Source of the DNA: an uncultured delta proteobacterium
Lineage (GTDB): Bacteria; Desulfobacterota; Syntrophia; Syntrophales; UBA5619
Assembly: GCA_963817385.1 (NCBI GenBank)
Contig: CAWFOM010000008.1
Location: 1 to 64,000 of the forward strand
Reading direction: 5' to 3'
Length of the DNA stretch: 64,000 nucleotides
Shown here: in pieces, positions 9,950-21,614 of the stretch
Layout of the letters: each line of letters starts with the position of its first letter
Position numbering within the stretch: position 1 is the first letter of the stretch
Made by a program: the position numbers and the translations under genes
The notes under the pieces: generated by a model
What the model was told of the DNA's origin: nothing
The model's input: the letters and a program-made list of their open reading frames with translations, nothing else
Databases searched by the model: none

Positions 9950-11035
9950 TCACTCGTTTGCAGGATCGGCACCGGCCGTCATCATCCCGATCTCTTCCAG
10001 CAGCACCGGAAGGAATTCCTCCTCGCGGATCTTTCTGACGATCTTGCCCTTCTTGAAGAGTATCCCCCCTCCCCGTCCGCCTGCGATGCCGATATCCGCC
10101 TCTGCCGCCTCACCGGGGCCGTTGACGACGCAACCCATAAGGGCGATCTTCAGATGGTTCTTCATCCCCCCGAGCTCCCTCTCCACCTGCTCGGCCAGTC
10201 CGGCAAGATCGATTTCGCAGCGTCCGCAGGTCGGACAGGAGATGATATCCGGGCCGACCATCCTGATATTCAGCGCCCGGAGTATCCCATACGCCACGCC
10301 CATCTCCTGGACGGGGTGGCCGGTGACGGAGACCCGTATCGTGTCGCCGATACCGTCATACAGGAGCGTCCCGATCCCGATCGCGGATTTGATGGCCGCC
10401 TGGACGAGGGTGCCCGCCTCGGTAACACCGAGATGCAGGGGATAATCCGTTTTCTCGGAGACGAGTCGGTACGCCTCGATGGTGGTCGCTACATCGGAGG
10501 ATTTCAGGGAGAGTTTGATGGCGTCGAAGCCCATCTCTTCCAGGATACGGATGGTATCGAGGGCGCTTGCGACCAGTGCGCCCGGGGTCGCTCCCCCATG
10601 GCGGGCGGCGGTCTCCTTATCGAGGGATCCGGCATTGATCCCGATCCGGATCACCTTGCCGTTCGTCTTGGCCATCCTGACGATCTGACGGATTCCTTCC
10701 GGGGATATATTGCCGGGATTTATCCGGATTCCATCCGCACCGTTTTGCATGGCCGTGAGGGCAAGCTGATGACGGAAATGGATGTCGGCGATCAGAGGGA
10801 TATGAATCCGGGCTTTGATCTCCCGGATGGCGGCCGCCGCCGCTTCATCGGGAACGGCAACGCGGACGATTTCACAGCCGGCATCCTCCAACTCCCGGAT
10901 CTGTTCGAGGGTGGCCTTGATATCGCGCGTGTCGGAGGAGGTCATGGATTGGACTGCCACGGGCGCATCGCCGCCGATCTGAACCCCTCCCAGATAGACG
11001 GGTTTTGTTTTTTTTCTTCGGATGGCCGGATTCAA
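9950..11035 (-). CDS. ispG: 4-hydroxy-3-methylbut-2-en-1-yl diphosphate synthase
   Basis: VQSMT, PLIADIHF, RINPGN, PLHLGVTEAG, SCPTCGR and MGCVVNGPGE. Probable TTG start at 11035. Confidence 0.97.
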   Translation of the reverse strand: MNPAIRRKKTKPVYLGGVQIGGDAPVAVQSMTSSDTRDIKATLEQIRELEDAGCEIVRVAVPDEAAAAAIREIKARIHIPLIADIHFRHQLALTAMQNGADGIRINPGNISPEGIRQIVRMAKTNGKVIRIGINAGSLDKETAARHGGATPGALVASALDTIRILEEMGFDAIKLSLKSSDVATTIEAYRLVSEKTDYPLHLGVTEAGTLVQAAIKSAIGIGTLLYDGIGDTIRVSVTGHPVQEMGVAYGILRALNIRMVGPDIISCPTCGRCEIDLAGLAEQVERELGGMKNHLKIALMGCVVNGPGEAAEADIGIAGGRGGGILFKKGKIVRKIREEEFLPVLLEEIGMMTAGADPANE

Positions 11036-11244
11036 AAGAATACCCTTTCCCTGCGGGTCTTCTATCACCCTGATGATACAGGCACGCGGAAGATGGACTG
11101 GTAGTAAATCTATAACATGAAGGGATACGGGCAATCAATGGGTAATTTCCCCGTTGACAGGCCGGTTTTGAGGGGAAGTGCCGTGCACGGGGGAACGCGC
11201 ACTACGCAGAAGGTGCAGTTTCTCGAATCCCCTTCCTGCAGCTC

Positions 11245-12654
11245 CTACCGGCCGCGCCAGCAGGCGAGGCACAACTGCTCCTCGGGCAGGCCGATGGCGG
11301 CAATCATCTCATCGATATGCAGATATTGGAGAGAGGTTACATCCAGATCACGCCGGATCCACTCGATCATGTTGCGGTACTTTTTCGAATGATGATCCAG
11401 ATACTCCTGTGCGTGTTCTCCCTTTCCCCCCTCCAGATCGCGGATCGCCCGGTGGGATGCCAACTCGGACGCGGACCGTGTGGAAGAGGCGTACCGGCAG
11501 GGAAACATCAGCGGCGGACAGGCCGGCCGGATGTGGATCTCCTTCGCCCCGTTGTCCCAGAGTTTCCGGATCGTGTAATTCTTCAGCTGCGTCCCCCGGA
11601 CGATTGAATCCTCGCAGACCACCATCCGGTTGCCCATGATGACATCCCGGACCGCGCTGAGCTTCATGGTGGCCACGAGGTCCCGGATCTCCTGGGAAGG
11701 GGGTGTGTAGCTCCTCCCGTAACCCGGCGTATACTTGACCAGGGGTCTGCGGAACGGGAGACCCGAGGCCATGGCGTACCCGATTGCATGGCCGACGCCG
11801 GAATCGGGGACGCCGGTCACGAAGTCCGCCTCGACATCGTCCGCCCGGGCCATGGCCTGGCCGCACCGCTCCCGGGCATTCTCCACGCTGATCCCTTCAT
11901 AGACCGAGGCCGGATATCCCGTATAGATCCAGAGGAAAGCGCAGACCTGCTTTACCGGGCCGGCCGGTTGTTCGTCACGGATTCCCCGCCCGTCGAGACG
12001 GACGATCTCTCCCGGTTCGAGAGACCGAATCTGCTCATACCCCAGATTGAGGAACGAACTGGATTCGGTAGCCGCCGCGTAGCCCGGCGGGGAATCATCG
12101 CGCCGAATCTCCCGTCCGATAACCAGGGGGAACCGGCCGTACCGGTCGCGGGCCGCATAAATCCCCTCCCGCGTCATCAGAAGCAGGCAGACCGATCCCT
12201 CAATGGCCTGTTGCATCCGGACGATCCCGTCAACGATATTCTCGCCCCGATTGATCAACTGGGCGACGAGCTCCACGCTGTTCACCCCTCCGTCCGCCAT
12301 TTCGCTGAAGGAGGCGCCCTCACGCAGGAGGTTTCGCGTCAGGTCGTCCTTGTTGGTGATGAGGCCGGTTGCAGCCAGGGCATACGTCCCGAATTTCGAA
12401 CGGATGATCAGCGGTTGGGGGGATTCGTCGTCGATGGCGCCGATGCCCATGGCGCCGTTCATCGTCTGGTAATCATCGACAAACCGGGATTTGAACTGCG
12501 TCTGGCTGATCCGGTGGATCGTGTTGCAGAATCCGCCCGGCCCGAGAACCGCCAGCCCTGCGTTCTCCGTCCCGAGATGGGAATGATAATCCATTCCGTA
12601 AAAGAGGGTTTTTGCGCAATTCTCGCCGGATACGACACCAAAGATACCGCCCAT
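11245..12654 (-). CDS. purF: Amidophosphoribosyltransferase, variant lacking the N-terminal catalytic Cys
   Basis: Starts MGGIFGV; GVPDSG, PRPP loop CEDSIVRGTQ, and Fe-S cysteines including the C-terminal LCLACW. Confidence 0.85.
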   Translation of the reverse strand: MGGIFGVVSGENCAKTLFYGMDYHSHLGTENAGLAVLGPGGFCNTIHRISQTQFKSRFVDDYQTMNGAMGIGAIDDESPQPLIIRSKFGTYALAATGLITNKDDLTRNLLREGASFSEMADGGVNSVELVAQLINRGENIVDGIVRMQQAIEGSVCLLLMTREGIYAARDRYGRFPLVIGREIRRDDSPPGYAAATESSSFLNLGYEQIRSLEPGEIVRLDGRGIRDEQPAGPVKQVCAFLWIYTGYPASVYEGISVENARERCGQAMARADDVEADFVTGVPDSGVGHAIGYAMASGLPFRRPLVKYTPGYGRSYTPPSQEIRDLVATMKLSAVRDVIMGNRMVVCEDSIVRGTQLKNYTIRKLWDNGAKEIHIRPACPPLMFPCRYASSTRSASELASHRAIRDLEGGKGEHAQEYLDHHSKKYRNMIEWIRRDLDVTSLQYLHIDEMIAAIGLPEEQLCLACWRGR

Positions 12655-12762
12655 ATTCTTCGTCCTCAGATGGTTGTCCCGGGGGGGAATTATCCGTTTC
12701 GGTCTCCTGCCCCGTGTGCACCGGAATCTTCCGTGCCGCCCGGCTCCCCCATCGTTTTATGA

Positions 12763-13957
12763 TCAGCGCAGCTTCAGGAGCGCTTCCCGTATCCGCTTCA
12801 TTCCCTTTTCAATCTGCCCCATCGAGGTGGCATAGGAGAGGCGGATATGATCGTCATGTCCGAAATCCCCCCCGGGGACGAGGGCCACGTTGGATTCGTC
12901 GAGCAGGTAGGTTGCCATCTCCGCCGAATTCGTTATGGTCTTGCCTCCGAACGAACGGCCGTAGTAAGAGCCGACATTGGGAAACACATAAAAGGCCCCC
13001 TGCGGCCTCAGGCAGGTCACGCCGGGAATGGCGTTGAGCCGTCTCCATAACGACATCCCGTCTCTTCTGGAATTCCCGCCGCATCATCTCAACACTCTCC
13101 TGAGGACCGTTCAGGGCCTCTACCGCCGCTTTCTGGGCAATGGAGGTGGGATTGGAGGTGTTCTGGCTCTGATACTTCGTCATGGCGGCGATGATCTCTT
13201 CGGCGCCGGCGGCATATCCGATCCGCCATCCCGTCATGGAGTAGGTCTTGGAAACCCCGTTGACGACGATGGAGAGCCGCTTCAGCTCTTCCCCGAGCGA
13301 GGCCAGGGTATAGAACGGCTGGTCGTCATAGATGATCTTCTCATAGATGTCGTCCGAGATGACCATGATCCCCTTCCGGACAATCACCTCGGCGAGGGCC
13401 TCCAGTTCCTGCAGGGTGTAGGAAACGCCCGCGGGGTTCGAGGGATAGCTGATGATGATCGCCCGGGTCCGCGGTGTGATGGCCGCTTCGAGCTGCGACG
13501 GCTGCAGCTTGAAACCATTGCCGACGGCGGTCTTGATCACCACCGGCTGCGCGCCGCTCAGGTAGACGATATCGGTATAGGAAACCCAGTAGGGAGAAGG
13601 GATCAGGACCTCATCCCCTTCTTCGAACAGGACCTGGCAGATATTGAAGAGCGAATGTTTGGCGCCGCAGGAGATGACTACCTCCGACCTTTTGTAGGTG
13701 AGTCGATTGTCTCTCTGAAGCTTGGCAATCACCGCATCCTTCAGTTCATCGATGCCGCCCACGGGGGTGTATTTGGTAAAACCCGCTTCGATGGCCCGGA
13801 CGGCTGCCATCTTGATGTTTTGGGGCGTATCGAAATCGGGTTCCCCGGCGCCGAAACCGATGATGTCCCGTCCTGCCGCCTTCAGGGCATTGGCTTTGGC
13901 CTGAATGGTCAGCGTCGGCGATGGTTTGATGAGCGATACTCGTGCGGCTAATTTCAT
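12763..13957 (-). CDS. aspC: Class I PLP-dependent (aspartate) aminotransferase (frameshift near 13055)
   Basis: GAGEPDF, SDDIY, NGVSKTYSMTGWRIGY; the C-terminus PQGAFYVF...RLSYA is in a second frame. Confidence 0.9.
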
Positions 13958-14451
13958 GGTCTTTCTCTTTTGCTGATGAATTTTTCGGTGAGTTTCAAAT
14001 TCACAATCTCCGGCACCAGTCCCTTGACGGAACCGCCAAGGCTGGCCGCCTCATTGATAATGGTGGAGCTGGTATAAAACCATTTGTAACCGGTCATAAG
14101 AAATACGGTCTCGATTTCCCTATTCAATCTTCGATTGATGAGGGCAAGCTGAAATTCATACTCGAAATCGGAAAGGGCGCGAAGCCCCCGGAGAATCACA
14201 TTGGCTCCCGCATCCCTCACGAAGTCGACCAGGAGGCCATCGGAACAGTCGACACGGACATTCTTGCAGTCCTTGATCACCTCCTGGATCATCTCCCGCC
14301 TCTCCTCTACGGAAAAGAGCGCCTTCTTACTCCGATTGTACGCGATCAGAATGATCAGTTCATCAAACATCCTGAGTCCCCGTTTGATGATGTCCACGTG
14401 ACCATTCGTAATCGGATCGAACGAACCGGGGTATACCGCGATTTTCTTCAT
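13954..14451 (-). CDS. coaD: Pantetheine-phosphate adenylyltransferase
   Basis: YPGSFDPITNGH and RGLRALSDFEYEFQ. Confidence 0.98.
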   Translation of the reverse strand: MKKIAVYPGSFDPITNGHVDIIKRGLRMFDELIILIAYNRSKKALFSVEERREMIQEVIKDCKNVRVDCSDGLLVDFVRDAGANVILRGLRALSDFEYEFQLALINRRLNREIETVFLMTGYKWFYTSSTIINEAASLGGSVKGLVPEIVNLKLTEKFISKRERP

Positions 14452-15017
14452 GGGTTTTCCACCTCTGCGAGTTTTTTGAGAAAAGAGAGCATCGTGTCGC
14501 CGTACCGCCTCTGATCAGCCACCGCCATCGCCTGCACGCATGAACCTTCCAGCGCTTCCCGTACCGAATGTTGCAGAACGATGATACCGTTCTCGGCAAG
14601 GAGTTCAGTCCCTTCCAGCCATCTCAAGATCTCCGGAAGGAAACCTTCTTCATAGGGGGGATCGGCAAACAGGATATCAAAGCGCTCCGCCCTTTTTGCC
14701 AGACGCCTTATTCCCTGCTCCGCATCCGCGGCGATGACTTCCGCCCGGCCCTCGAACCCAAGCAGGCGGAGGTTTTCCCGGATGACATCGGCAAGGCGAG
14801 GCTCTTTCTCGATGAATACCGCATATCGTGCCCCTCGGCTGAGGGCTTCGAGTCCGCAATTTCCGCATCCGGCGAACAAATCGAGGAAAGTGGCCCCCCC
14901 GACAGGATACAGCATGTCGAACAGCGATTCCTTTACCCGGTCGGCGGTGGGCCTGATGCGGCATCCCTTCGGGAGATGGATCCGCCTTCCTTTGGCCTCG
15001 CCTCCGATGATCCTCAT
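14448..15017 (-). CDS. rsmD: 16S rRNA m2G966 methyltransferase
   Basis: MRIIGG, RPTADRVKESLF, LDLFAGCG and DPPY; ATGA overlap with the asd stop. Confidence 0.95.
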   Translation of the reverse strand: MRIIGGEAKGRRIHLPKGCRIRPTADRVKESLFDMLYPVGGATFLDLFAGCGNCGLEALSRGARYAVFIEKEPRLADVIRENLRLLGFEGRAEVIAADAEQGIRRLAKRAERFDILFADPPYEEGFLPEILRWLEGTELLAENGIIVLQHSVREALEGSCVQAMAVADQRRYGDTMLSFLKKLAEVENP

Positions 15018-16030
15018 AGATATTTTCGGATCAGGATTTCTGCGATCTGAACGGCGTTGAGCGCGGCGCCTTTCCGGATGTTGTCCGCCACTATCCACAT
15101 ATTGATGCCGTTCGGGATGGATTCGTCTTCCCGGATCCTCCCGACCAGGGTATCATCCCCTCCTGCTGCGTCAATCGCCAGCGGATAGAGTTTGAAACTC
15201 GGGTTGTCGACCACCTTTACCCCGGGTGCGGCGGCCAGCAGCTTCCGGACCTCGTCCGCCGTGATCTTTTTCTCCGTTTCGATGTTGACCGATTCGGAAT
15301 GCGCGTAGAAAACGGGCACCCGCACCGTCGTTGCCGTCACAGCGATCGCGGGATCGTTCATGATCTTCTTGGTCTCATTGACCATCTTCATCTCTTCCTT
15401 CGTGTAGCCGTTGTCGAGAAAGACATCGATGTGGGGAAGGCAGTTGAAGGCGATCTGATGGGGATAGACCTTGACAACCGGTTCCTGGGAGTTCAGGAGG
15501 GCCCGGGTCTGCAGGGAGAGCTCCTCGATGGCCTTTTTCCCCGTTCCGGAAACCGCCTGATACGTGGAAACGACGATCCTTTTGATCCGAACCGCATCGT
15601 GGATCGGCTTCAGGGCGACAACCATCTGGATGGTGGAGCAGTTCGGATTGGCAATAATCCCCCGGTTTCTGTACTGCGCAATGGCTTCCGGATTCACTTC
15701 GGGCACGACCAGGGGGACATCCGGCACCATGCGGAAGGCGCTCGTGTTATCGACAACGACGCACCCGGCGCGGTCGGCGATGGGGGCAAACTTCTCGCTG
15801 ATGCTCCCTCCCGCGGAGAACAGACCGATCTCCACACCCTGAAAAGAGTTTTCGGTCAGCACCTCCACCGGAATTGGCTTCCCCCGAAAGGCGAGTTCCT
15901 TCCCCCTCGATCTCTCCGATGCGAGGAGGGTCAGCTTCCCGACCGGGAAATTACGTTGTTCGAGAACCTTGATCATTTCATTGCCCACGGCCCCCGTGGC
16001 GCCTACAACGGCAACATGGTAGTTCTTCAT
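15014..16030 (-). CDS. asd: Aspartate-semialdehyde dehydrogenase
   Basis: GATGAVG, ANPNCST and DNIRKGAALNAVQIAE. Confidence 0.98.
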   Translation of the reverse strand: MKNYHVAVVGATGAVGNEMIKVLEQRNFPVGKLTLLASERSRGKELAFRGKPIPVEVLTENSFQGVEIGLFSAGGSISEKFAPIADRAGCVVVDNTSAFRMVPDVPLVVPEVNPEAIAQYRNRGIIANPNCSTIQMVVALKPIHDAVRIKRIVVSTYQAVSGTGKKAIEELSLQTRALLNSQEPVVKVYPHQIAFNCLPHIDVFLDNGYTKEEMKMVNETKKIMNDPAIAVTATTVRVPVFYAHSESVNIETEKKITADEVRKLLAAAPGVKVVDNPSFKLYPLAIDAAGGDDTLVGRIREDESIPNGINMWIVADNIRKGAALNAVQIAEILIRKYL

Positions 16031-16107
16031 GCGTTACTCCTCACGTATCAAATATTTTTCTGATTCACTCAGGATGCACCGGATCTATGTTCAGACTGCG
16101 GAGAGCC

Positions 16108-16890
16108 TTACAGGATATGACCCTGGCATTGTGTCCTTTTTGCCTTCATATCGGCGAACAGCTTTCGAACCACCCTGCAGAGGGCCCACACCGGGCCGGA
16201 AAGACTGTAACCGAATGCAAACGTGAACATCATGATCTGCGGCTCCGCCACGACGATCACCAGGATCAACACAATCAGCACAAAGGACATGAACGGTTTT
16301 CTTGAGAAAAAATTGAGGTCCTTGAAGCTGTAATATTTGATGCTGCTGACCATAAACAGGGATAGCGCGACCACGCCGATCATGACCGACAGGTCGGAAA
16401 ATCGTCCTTCACCTCCCAGGTAGTAAAAGAGCAGAACTCCCGTGGCCACCGCAGCGGCGCCTCCCGGAATTGGCAAGCCGTTAAAAACCCGGCTGTCGAT
16501 CACCCCGATCTGAACATTGAATCGGGCCAGACGAAGCGCGCCGCAGACGGCAAACAGAAACGCCGCCAACCATCCCCATTTCCCGTATGCAAGAAGCGAC
16601 CAGTTGTAGACCAAGAGCGCCGGCGCAACACCGAACGTGACCAGATCGCACAACGAATCATATTCAGCGCCAAACTTGCTTGTCGTATGGGTTATCCGGG
16701 CGATCCGTCCGTCCAGACCGTCCAGCACGACCGCGATGAGGATCGCGACGGCGGCAATCTCGAACATCCCCTTCATGGAGGCAATCGCGGAATAGAATCC
16801 GGCGAAGAGATTGGCCGTGGTAAAGAGGTTCGGCAGGACATAGATCCCCTTCTTCATGCGGTCTCGCCTGAATGCATGATCCTTCTTCAT
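16108..16890 (-). CDS. pssA: CDP-diacylglycerol--serine O-phosphatidyltransferase
   Basis: LPNLFT and the DGLDGRIAR...[13 protein letters not shown]-alcohol motif; ATG at 16890 overlaps the psd stop. Confidence 0.95.
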   Translation of the reverse strand: MKKDHAFRRDRMKKGIYVLPNLFTTANLFAGFYSAIASMKGMFEIAAVAILIAVVLDGLDGRIARITHTTSKFGAEYDSLCDLVTFGVAPALLVYNWSLLAYGKWGWLAAFLFAVCGALRLARFNVQIGVIDSRVFNGLPIPGGAAAVATGVLLFYYLGGEGRFSDLSVMIGVVALSLFMVSSIKYYSFKDLNFFSRKPFMSFVLIVLILVIVVAEPQIMMFTFAFGYSLSGPVWALCRVVRKLFADMKAKRTQCQGHIL

Positions 16891-17541
16891 GTCAGCTCTC
16901 CTATGGGTGTCTCTCCCGCCCTGACCTTGTCCCCTATCTTGACAAGGAGGGTCGAGCCGAGCGGTAGAAACAGTTCGACCCGTGATCCGAAACGGATCAG
17001 ACCGAATCGTTCGCCTTTGGTAACCTTCATCCCTTCTTTCAGCCAACAGACGATTCTCCTCGCGATCAAACCGGCGATCTGCACGGTTATGATCTCCTTT
17101 CCCGTCATCCGTCCTGATCAGGACGGTGTTCCGCTCGTTGAGCGCCGATGCCTTATCCAGATTGGCGGAGAGGAATTTACCCGGCTTGTACCTGACAGAC
17201 AGGACCTGTCCGGAGAAGGGGATCCGATTCACATGGACATTGAAAACATTCATGAAAATGCTGATCTTCAGGAAGGAACGGCCGGGGTACTCAACGTTTG
17301 CCGCCTCCTCGATCCCGATCACCCGCCCGTCCGCAGGGGATATGAGCTGAAGTGGATTTTCCGTCATTGTTCTTTCCGGGTTGCGGAAGAACCAGATGAC
17401 GAAACACGTGACGAGGAGGATCAGAACGCCGATCCAGGTGAATCCCGCAATGAAGGCGACGAGTGTCAGCACCCCCGGGGGGATGATGAAGGGGTACCCT
17501 TCTGCAATGATGAAACTGCGGTGATTCTCGTCGCTCTGCAA
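16887..17541 (-). CDS. psd: Phosphatidylserine decarboxylase (frameshift near 17100)
   Basis: [26 protein letters not shown]; the C-terminal [10 protein letters not shown]...RFGSRV is in a second frame. Confidence 0.93.
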
Positions 17542-17734
17542 ATGCCGCCCCCCTAAAATGTGCCGTAACGCCCGGTCCGTTGCCGGCGCGGTCTTTTGTC
17601 CGCCCGGCGATACTTCTCCAGAATAGCGAAAATCCTTTCCTTCCCGAGAAGTTTTTTCTTCTGCAGGATCTTTTTTGTAACCTCGATAACCTTACCCGTC
17701 TCTGCGCTCCATCTACCGTATTCCGCTCAAGATG

Positions 17735-18460
17735 TCAACACTTGTCTCGTTCACCGGAGCAACACGGTGCACAGGGTCTGCCATTCGTCTCTGCCTCGGA
17801 AAGCCGGAGATACCTTGGCGTTAAGGTCAGGGCGTCGACGATGTCGCCGCTTCGATATCGCCTTAGTCCGATCAAACCGACGGCAGACGCCATGAGCCGT
17901 TGCTGACTGCTTTCAAGCAGGAGTGTCCGGCCTTTCCCGCTTTCGCGAATAAGCTTCTCATGGCGGATCGCACCTTCCCCCAAAAAAATTATCTCTTCCT
18001 GATCCAACTTCCGCAGGAACTGAGCAACATCGGCAAGCTCCTCCGGTCTCACCGCGATAGGAAGGGTATCCGGACCCATCCGGTAGAGACCGGTATAAAC
18101 CTGATTTTTTCTGGCATCAAGCATCGGGCAGATCAGGCGGGAGGAGGGGATGGCATTCATGGCAAGGACCTCCAGCGTTGAAACACCGACTACCGGTTTT
18201 CCCGTTGCCAGTGCCAGCCCCTTGACGGTGCTCACCCCGATCCTGAGCCCGGTAAATGAACCGGGACCGACCGTACAGGCCAGCAGATCCACATCCGCCG
18301 GGGTGAGCCCGGTCAGAAGGAACAGCCGATCGAGGGCCGGAAGGAGGACCTCCGCATGGTGCCTTCCCGAGTTAAGATAGATCTCGGCGCGGACATCCTC
18401 CTCATCCAGAAGGGCAATCCCGATGGTTTTCGTCGCACATTCCAGAGCGAGGGTCAGCAT
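17735..18460 (-). CDS. tsaB: tRNA threonylcarbamoyladenosine biosynthesis protein TsaB
   Basis: GPGSFTGLRIG, DARKNQVY and PRYLRLSEAE. Confidence 0.96.
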   Translation of the reverse strand: MLTLALECATKTIGIALLDEEDVRAEIYLNSGRHHAEVLLPALDRLFLLTGLTPADVDLLACTVGPGSFTGLRIGVSTVKGLALATGKPVVGVSTLEVLAMNAIPSSRLICPMLDARKNQVYTGLYRMGPDTLPIAVRPEELADVAQFLRKLDQEEIIFLGEGAIRHEKLIRESGKGRTLLLESSQQRLMASAVGLIGLRRYRSGDIVDALTLTPRYLRLSEAETNGRPCAPCCSGERDKC

Positions 18461-18462
18461 CG

Positions 18463-19561
18463 CTATCCGGTGAATTTCTTGATGAATTCATTTATCATTT
18501 TAATGTCCAGCCGCTCAATATCCAGCATGAAAACGAAGATCATCAGGAGAATCAACAGGACGAATCCGATCTGCTGGGCCATCTCCCGCCAGCGGAGGCT
18601 GACCTCGTGCCCCGTTGCCATTTCGATCAGATAGAACATGAGATGCCCGCCGTCCAGAACCGGAATGGGCAGGAGATTGAGGATGGCCAGATTGATGCTC
18701 AGCAGAGCCATGAACAATATGAAGGGAACGATCCCTTCCCTGACCTGGGCTCCGGCGATCTGGGCGATCATGATGGGCCCTCCCAGGGTCTTCGGTGAAA
18801 CGATGCCCTGGAACATTTTGATGATACTGACGACGGTCAGTTTGCTGATCCTCCACGTCTGACTGGATACCCGTCCCGAAGGCGGAGAGCGGACCGAGCC
18901 TCTCGATGACCGTGCGGGGAGAGGGGCTGATGCCGATTTTGTATGCTTCTACCGTCTCGCCGAACAGATTCGTGCTTTTCATGCGCCTGGGGGTCACCCT
19001 GACCTCGAGAGGCAAGCCGTCCCTGCGGACGGTGATCCCGAGTGATCTTCCCTTGCTATCGCTTATGATCTCGGAGATCTCATCCCATTTCTTTACGGCG
19101 ATCCCGTCGATGTCGATGATCGTGTCGCCGGTTTTCAAACCGGCGTCAATGGCGGCGGAACCGGGCTGCAGACCCCCGATTTCCGACGTCAGGACGGGGA
19201 GCCCGATCATATTGACCACCGTGAAGATAAGAAGGGCGAGCAGAATATTAAAGACCGGGCCCGCGGCCACGATGCCGATCCGCTTGAGAACCGTCTGCTT
19301 GAGAAAGGACCTTTTTTCCTCCTCTGCCGACAACTCCTCCTCGGTCGATTCCCCCAGCAGTTTCACGTACCCGCCCAGGGGGATCAGGGAGAGGAGATAT
19401 TCCGTTTCTCCGATTTTTTTCCCGATGATCTTCGGACCGAAACCGAGCGAAAATTTCAGGACGCCGACGCCCGCGCGTTTGGCCATCAGAAAATGGCCGA
19501 GTTCATGGGCAAAGATCAGGACTCCGAGCAATATTACGACCGATACGATGTTGATCCCCAT
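18463..19561 (-). CDS. rseP: RIP metalloprotease RseP (frameshift near 18865)
   Basis: HELGH, PLGGYVK and a PDZ domain; NLLPIPVLDGGH is in a second frame. Confidence 0.95.
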
Positions 19562-20724
19562 CAATTTCCTATTCTCTCAATGATGTGTCCAGCTTCTTCC
19601 CTCGCCCACCGATCGGCGTCCAGAATATCGTCGATGTTCGGCTCTTCCTTCACACAATGGTGGTTAAGGACCTTTTCAGCCACGCGGGAGATATCGATGA
19701 AGCCTATTTTATGATCGATAAATGCCGCTACGGCGACTTCATTCGCCCCGTTCATGACAGCCGGCATCGTTCCCCCAGCTTGCGCCGCCGCATACGCCAG
19801 CTTCAGAGCGGGGAATCGTTGCAGATCCGGCTTGGAAAACTCCAGAGCGCCTACCGTGGAGAGATCCAGGAGCGGTTCTGCCCGAGGAAGCCGCCGTGGA
19901 AACGACAGGGCGTAGGCTATCGGGACCCTCATGTCCGGCACGCCGAGTTGAGCGATCACACTGCCATCCCGGTACTCCACCAGAGAATGAACGATGCTCT
20001 GGGGGTGGATCAGGACATCGATAGCCTCTACGGAAACCCCGAAGAGCCACCCTGCTTCAATCACTTCCAGTCCTTTATTCATCATGGTCGCCGAATCGAT
20101 CGTGATCTTCTTGCCCATCATCCAGTTGGGATGCTGCAGAGCCTGGGCGGGCGTAACGGCCGTCAGCTCCTCCGGTGACGCATGGAGGAACGGTCCCCCG
20201 GACGCCGTCAGGATGATCCGGCGGAGATCTTGCCTTCGGTGACCCTGGAGGCACTGAAAAATTGCACTGTGTTCGCTGTCGACGGGAATGATATTCACGC
20301 CCTTTTCAGCCGCTTTCCCGAGCACGATGCCGCCCGCCATGACCAGCGTCTCTTTATTGGCCAGCGCGATTGCCCTCCCCGCTTCGATTGCGTCCAGGGT
20401 CGGAAGAAGACCGGCCGCTCCGACCATGGCGGAAACGACCATATCCGCCTCCGCAGCAGCGGCCGCTTCCCGATACCCTTCCCGCCCCGAGAAAACGGCA
20501 GTCGCTGCATTCGGTCCCAGGAAACGACGGAGATCACGGGCATCTTCCTCATCGGCTACCGCTGCGACAGCCGGCCGGAAACGCTTGATCTGAGCTTGCA
20601 GGAGCGAGACATTGCGGCCCGCGGCAAGGGCGGTCACGGTAAATTCGTCCGGATGGGAAGCGACGACATCGAGTGTGCTGACGCCGATGGAGCCGGTAGA
20701 ACCGAGAAGGGAAATCCTTTTCAT
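19561..20724 (-). CDS. dxr: 1-deoxy-D-xylulose-5-phosphate reductoisomerase
   Basis: [21 protein letters not shown] and [15 protein letters not shown]. Confidence 0.98.
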   Translation of the reverse strand: MKRISLLGSTGSIGVSTLDVVASHPDEFTVTALAAGRNVSLLQAQIKRFRPAVAAVADEEDARDLRRFLGPNAATAVFSGREGYREAAAAAEADMVVSAMVGAAGLLPTLDAIEAGRAIALANKETLVMAGGIVLGKAAEKGVNIIPVDSEHSAIFQCLQGHRRQDLRRIILTASGGPFLHASPEELTAVTPAQALQHPNWMMGKKITIDSATMMNKGLEVIEAGWLFGVSVEAIDVLIHPQSIVHSLVEYRDGSVIAQLGVPDMRVPIAYALSFPRRLPRAEPLLDLSTVGALEFSKPDLQRFPALKLAYAAAQAGGTMPAVMNGANEVAVAAFIDHKIGFIDISRVAEKVLNHHCVKEEPNIDDILDADRWAREEAGHIIERIGN

Positions 20725-21529
20725 CGAATTATCAGCACCCGATAATAGTAGACAAACGGCGCTAATAAACATGAGACAGTCCAAGCGATCCAGAATTCCT
20801 CCGTGTCCGGGAAGCAGGGTGCCGGAGTCCTTTACCCCGGCGCTCCTTTTCAGGGCCGATTCAGCAGAGATCGCCGAGTTGGCCGACGACGCTCCCCACC
20901 AGCCCCAGGATCACGGCATGCGCTACCGGCAGCAGAGGGAGAAACAGCTGCCTGAAGACAAGACAGCCGGCTATACTGCCCGCAACGAGTCCGATTGTTC
21001 CTTCCACGGTCTTTCCCGGAGAGACCTGCGGAAGCAGTTTATTCTTTCCCAGGGCTCTCCCGACGTAGTAGGCCGCAATATCGCCGGAAAAGGCCAAGAC
21101 CAGGATAAGGAATATCCAGCGAGCCCCCGCCGGCGCCTGACGAGTCAAGATGAAGTGGGACATAAGCAGGGGGATATAGAGAATCCCCAGGATCACCCCG
21201 CCTACGCGGGTCATGTCCATTCCCTTCCCTCTGATCCGCAGCAGGTTGAGCATCAGCACCGTCATGACGGCAAAAGTTAGGATCTTCACCAGGAGGGCCA
21301 TATCTCCGGCGGCTGCCGACACGAGGATCAGGAGCGCAGCCACGAGCGTCTCGGCCTTCTCCTGCGAGAACCCCGAACCGAAAACCATCCGGTTATATTC
21401 CCCCATCCCCAGGAGGGTTGCACCCATGATAAGCAGTGCAAACAGCCCCTCCGACCCATAGGCAATGATCACAAAGAGGATCGGTACGGCGATCACCCCG
21501 GTGATCCATCTCTTCAGATGGGGATTCAT
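20721..21529 (-). CDS. cdsA: Phosphatidate cytidylyltransferase (frameshifts near 20865 and 20765)
   Basis: Hydrophobic; [20 protein letters not shown]; the downstream [10 protein letters not shown] motif is in a shifted frame. Confidence 0.92.
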
Positions 21530-21614
21530 ACCTCTTCTCCTCATGGGCCATTGTCATGGGTCAAAGGGTCATGGGAGAGTTCTCGTGCCCCGTCACCGAT
21601 GACTCATGACTCTC

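Noticed and set aside
12655..12762. Possible purine/ZTP riboswitch upstream of purF
   Set aside because: GC-rich spacer without the conserved motifs of those families.
16108..17541. Apparent 477-aa Psd-PssA fusion
   Set aside because: It is produced by a frameshift near 17100. The Psd C-terminus is intact in another frame and ends in an ATGA overlap with pssA.
20855..20870. In-frame TGA in cdsA as selenocysteine, prompted by the selC fragment
   Set aside because: The conserved downstream sequence continues in a different frame, so this is an indel, not read-through.
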